Shown in pieces: positions 47,595-51,772 of a DNA stretch of 51,772 nt. The translations under genes were made by a program, and so were the position numbers. The notes below the pieces were generated by a model. The model was not told the DNA's origin, did no database searches, and worked only from the letters and a program-made list of their open reading frames with translations. This stretch comes from Octopus bimaculoides (Eukaryota). The stretch lies in contig NC_068987.1 of the NCBI RefSeq assembly GCF_001194135.2, positions 87,825,609-87,877,380 of the forward strand. The letters are read 5' to 3'. The stretch's first letter is position 1; each line of letters begins with the position of its first letter.

Positions 47595-47990
47595 GTTAAC
47601 ACACAGACACACACACACAAATCCATAAACACATACACACAGATGCATAAACACACGCACACACATAAACACATGCACACAAATGCATAAATACATACAC
47701 ACAGGTGCATAGACATGCATGCACACACATACCCACACAGATGCATAAATACACACACACATATGCATAAATGGACACATACACATGCACAAAAGCATAA
47801 ACACAACACACACATATGCACATACCCACACAAGTGCATAAACGCACACACACACACACACACAAAAGCATAAATACACACCCACACAGATGCATAAACA
47901 CACACACACATAGACACAGGCACTTAAACACACAAGCACACACATACAAAACACACACTCATACAAATGCATAAACACACACACGCCCAC
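47595..47990. repeat. Compound CA-rich minisatellite (cacacagatgcataaa variants)
   Basis: Directly visible; source of the spurious C/V-rich ORFs. Confidence 0.9.
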
Positions 47991-48434
47991 ACCCATTTGT
48001 ACCATCGCACCCGAGGTACAGTTATTGCTGTAGAGTTGGTAAAAAGGATACCTTTTACTTGTTGCAATCATCAGGCAGTGGCCATGCTGGAGCACCACCT
48101 TGATGGGTTGAGTAAAAAAAAAAATCAACCTCAGGGCCAATATTTTAAGTGTGGTACTTATTCTATTGAGGACATAAACAAACCAACAGCAGTTGTCAAA
48201 TGGTTGGGATGACAAACACAAACACAAGAACACTGATACACACATACACACACACACACACCTACTAGCTGTGAGTAACCATGGCGATCCTTCCGCAAAA
48301 ACCTGCTTCGCCTCCACTCTGATAGAAATCTCCTCATCCCCTGGTAGGAAACTGAACCCTCCCCTGTTTCCCCCAGATGACAAAGGGTTTTGTGAAATGC
48401 TGCAAAAGGAAGACAGTCTTAAATATCTTCTTAC

Positions 48435-48615
48435 TGTGTTTTGACATCAGTTTGGTCATATTCTTTATCAACTTCTCCAGACGTTCCAGCATCATCCGCA
48501 GTTTGGGACACTCGTAAGACATTCTCTTCTGAAATTTCACTGGAGAGGACAACCAATGGAGCAACAATTATGGTGGAATTTGCTACCAGACTTCCATTTA
48601 CTGTTAACACATAAT
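48435..48615 (-). CDS. DCDC1: DCDC1 exon: NYVLTVNGSLVANSTIIVAPLVVLSSEISEENVLRVSQTADDAGTSGEVDKEYDQTDVKT
   Basis: Acceptor atattttcag, donor gtaaga, 181 nt, phase 1 to 2, open frame (a different frame from the listed ORFs). Confidence 0.85.
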
Positions 48616-48711
48616 CTGAAAATATAGGATAATTGGTAAATATTAACTGTGGTAAGTAAACGGTAATTGTGAAAGAAATTTAGAGTAAAAGATGTCTGTT
48701 GTACTGAGCAT

Positions 48712-49072
48712 GGTCGTTGCCAGTACCACCTAACTGGCTCCCGTGCCAGTGGTATGTAAAAAGCACCATTCAAGCGTGGGCAATGCCAGTATCACTTGAC
48801 TGGCTCCCGTGCTGGTGGCACATAAAAAGCACCATTCGAGTGTGGTCGATACCAGGCTTGCCTGACTGGCTCCTGTGCTGGTGGCACGTAGAAAGCACCC
48901 ACTGCACTCTCAGAGTGGTTGACATTAGGAAGGGCATCCAGCTGTAGAAACTTTGCCAGATCAGATTGGAGCCTGGTGCAGCCATCTGGCTCACCAGTCC
49001 TCAGTCAAACCGTCCAACCCACGCCAACATGGAAAGCGGATGTTAAATGATGATGATGATGATGATGATGAT
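48712..49072 (+). mobile_element. SINE family C ((GAT)n tail, internal 60-70-bp tandem units containing ggtggcacgtaaaaagcacc)
   Basis: Other copies at 503-770, 6170-6532, 11532-11990, 27537-27800, 35432-35830, 41612-41915. Confidence 0.82.
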
Positions 49073-49361
49073 GTATGTATGCATGTAGGTTAATGGTATG
49101 TATGTATGCATGGCCTAGTGTTTAGGGTGCTGCACTCAGGATTGTAAGATCATGGTTTCAATTCCTTGACTGGGCAGTGCATTGTGTTCTTGAGCAAAAC
49201 CCTTCATCTCACGTTCTGCAATCACTTTGACACCTGACATGTGGCACATTGTGCACCTGTTCAGGCAACATTGATTTGATGGAGAGAGTGAGCTAATGTT
49301 TGGCACGAACATTTGATCACTATAACCAGATCATTCAGCAAAAAGCTGAACGTTCATACAT

Positions 49362-49474
49362 CATCTTCAATGGGAGAGTCCCACTGACACGTCATCTTTG
49401 ATGGGAGAGTCCCACTCATATGTCATCTTCGATGGGAGAATCCCACTTATACGTTATTTTCGAGGAGAGAGTCC
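49362..49474. repeat. 31-bp tandem repeat, about 3.6 copies, with internal hairpin
   Basis: catcttc(a/g)atgggagagtcccact; starts at 49362, 49393, 49424, 49455. Confidence 0.9.
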
Positions 49475-49812
49475 ATCATGAAGGTGAAGATGTGTGGGTT
49501 AGTGGTGCAAGCATTTGGTTCACAATTGTAAGGTCAATGGTTTGATACCCAGAGGCACATTGTGTCCTTCAGCAAGATGCTTTATTTCATGTTGCTTTAG
49601 TCCACTCAGCTGGCAAAACTGAGTGGTACCTGTAATTCAAAGGACCAGCTTTGTCACATTTTGCCATGTTGAATCTCCCTGAGAACTTCATTAAGGGTAA
49701 ACATGTCTGTGGAGTACTCAGCCACTTGCTACTTACGCCTCCACTGATACTACAACAACTACTTCAACAATAACAAAACCAGACATTCTCAGAAAAAAGA
49801 ACCACAACTTAC

Positions 49813-50059
49813 TGATTGGATCCCTGAGGCTGCAATATTTGCGAATCTTTGTCAAGTCCGAAGATAAGTTGGTCAATAAAACTCGTCTCTTTTGCTCTGA
49901 TTTGGTAACTTTTGGGTTCAACCACGTTTCATGACAGCTTACATATACAACCTGGTCCCTCTTGAGTTCTTGCAAACTAAACAGTTCTTTACCGGTGACA
50001 CTGAAGAGACGTCTGGCAGCTGAAGGTAGACTCAATGAGGTCGTACAGGAATCGAGGAA
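49813..50059 (-). CDS. DCDC1: DCDC1 exon (first in window): FLDSCTTSLSLPSAARRLFSVTGKELFSLQELKRDQVVYVSCHETWLNPK...RDPI, DCX domain
   Basis: Acceptor tatttctttag, donor gtaagt, 247 nt, phase 0 to 1; overlaps ORF 49733-50035. Confidence 0.92.
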
Positions 50060-50209
50060 CTAAAGAAATAAGATAATATAAAACAGAAATCTTGGCAAGA
50101 GCATCATTCAAAGATCTCAATAGACAGTGAAGGAACAAAGAATGAGACATGTCCTGCAGTGGTCAGACCACTTCTGCATGGTCAGTCATTTCCTACTCAC
50201 CCAACCTGT

Positions 50210-51200
50210 TATTCAAACTCATATCTCTATTACTGGTCCCTCCTACTTATCTGACATTCACTCCCACCCATCCCTTAACTCCACCCAAATTCTACAGTTG
50301 TCATTTATTCTTCTCTACATATCATCATTTTTAGTAATATTCACTCCTCATCTGTTCTCCATCACTAACAATATTTCACTCTCCCATACACACTTACAAC
50401 CTCTTCACAACCCCTTTATCTCACCTTCTGTATCGTTCTCTCATCCTTCTCCTGTCTACTGGATCATTATTAACATTCTGCTGCTCATCAACCCTCATTT
50501 TTTTCTGCACTATCAGTCACCTCCTATTCTCCCCACTTATCATCCAATCTCATATCTATCACTGGTCCGTCCCACTTATCCATCATTCACTCCATCTACC
50601 TGTCAACTCCACCCAATTTCTACAGCCTTAAAAATACTCTCACCTACACACCATCTCTCTTTGTTATACTATATTCATCCCTCACCCGTTCTCCATCTCT
50701 AACAATCTTTCACTCTCCCATACACATTTACAACCTCTTCACAACCATATCATCTCTCTCTCTCTATATATCGTTACTTTCATCCTTCTCCTGTCTACTG
50801 GAGATTCTATTAACATTCTGCTGCGCACCAAACCTCATATTTTCTGCACTATCAGTCACCTCCTACTTTCCCCTACTTCTTCCTTAACTCACATTCATCA
50901 TCCCCTAGCCACCATTCACTACAACCACCCTCAACCCTACCAAACTTCTACAGTTATCACCTACACATAACTCTTCCCTATTTATTATCCCCCCCTTGTT
51001 ATATTCCCCCATCCACTCCCTCATCCATTCCCTGTCTCTACCCATCTCTCACTCTTACAACCTCTACCTCCACACACTCCCTGTTCTCCTACTCCCCACT
51101 CACTTCTACTTACATCTTACCTTCAGGGTCCACCATGTCTGTTCCATCACCACTGTTTTATCTCTTCCCAGTTCTACCCCCGTCATCCTCACCTTCCTCT
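50210..51200. repeat. Degenerate 330-bp tandem repeat, about 3 units, G-depleted on the plus strand
   Basis: 50366-50540 aligns with 50700-50880; the ccaa(a)ttctacag motif recurs at about 50286, 50613 and 50940. Confidence 0.65.
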
Positions 51201-51543
51201 ACTATAATATAAGTACCCTTGTAGCTCCCCTGCAGCCAGAAACTTGCTCAGTTCCAGTCACCTCCTCTCTTTATCTCATACATTAACATCTCATCTCCTA
51301 GCATAAAGCTATCTGCTTCTCCACTCTGGTCCCACTCAAATGAAAGGAATCCTAGTTTTGCACGCTGCATGAGGCCCTCACTAACGTTGAGGCCATGCAA
51401 AAAGCAGCCAGTACAATCTGATAAGAGATATATTCAGCCATAGAAACCATGCCAAGGTAGACATGTCACCTCAAAGCAGTTCTCTGGCTTATCAGTTCCT
51501 CTCAAACTGTTTTACTGATACCAGTGTTAAATATGTGTGCACG

Positions 51544-51582
<39 letters not shown>

Positions 51583-51772
51583 ACACACACACACACATAC
51601 ACACACACACACACACACACATACACATGTATGCCATAAAAGTCAAGAGGCATAAGAGGTGGATGTATACTTATTTAACCATGTATCAATGTTTAGGGTT
51701 ATGGCCATTTTACAATCTACATATAGCCACACGGTTCTCTGAATGCATATCTTATGCTACAAATTTATATAT

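Larger units (their letters stand above)
6945..50059 (-). other. DCDC1: Partial gene model: doublecortin domain-containing protein 1-like, 3' portion, 13 confident exons plus 1 candidate terminal exon
   Basis: Hand-spliced exons join in one open frame with all intron phases matching (0/1,1/2,2/2,2/2,2/1,1/0,0/1,1/0,0/1,1/1,1/1,1/1,1/0). The product has DCX motifs (FLDSCTTSLSLPSAARRLF, VKLLAYKNGDG, LLSQCTQNLGLTNVARAMYTEDG, PIEVWVSS) and ricin-type QRW motifs. Their order matches human DCDC1 as I recall it (AVKIIAYKNGDG, LLTECTEQLGLARAASKVYTKDG, PIAIWVSCGEPF, RQLKGRRV); this was not aligned computationally. Confidence 0.88.

Noticed and set aside
47468-48383. C/V/M-rich ORFs up to 273 aa
   Set aside because: Translation of a CA-rich minisatellite and SINE sequence.
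48719-48900. Repeat-spacer appearance suggesting a CRISPR array (also 11691-11900 and 49362-49474)
   Set aside because: The units are internal tandem repeats of a eukaryotic SINE, the 'spacers' are homologous to each other, and there are no cas genes.

Overview
AT-rich, gapped animal genomic scaffold, most likely an octopus-type cephalopod (inferred from the SINE and microsatellite repertoire, not from a database search). It holds one recognisable protein-coding gene: the 3' part of a DCDC1-type gene (doublecortin domains plus ricin-B/beta-trefoil repeats) on the minus strand. I joined 13 exons by hand (50059 down to 7067; 2166 nt, 722 codons); they give one open frame with matching intron phases and one GC-AG intron. 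A candidate terminal exon lies at 6945-6983, and the 5' exons lie beyond the window. The introns are packed with four tRNA-derived or RTE-tailed SINE families, LINE fragments (CR1, RTE, R4/Dong-like, HERO-like), Tc1 and mariner remnants, TTAA-flanked piggyBac-like MITEs, Penelope-like ends and microsatellites. The most interesting signals are: (1) at least seven minimal hammerhead-ribozyme-like motifs, two of them in a 354-bp head-to-tail repeat resembling a retrozyme or Penelope pseudo-LTR; (2) a decayed 18S rRNA 3' fragment; (3) repeated fold-back hairpins; (4) an apparent loss of the last DCX domain. Most ORFs in the supplied track are microsatellite, SINE or N-gap artefacts. No CRISPR array and no intact tRNA or rRNA gene were found.
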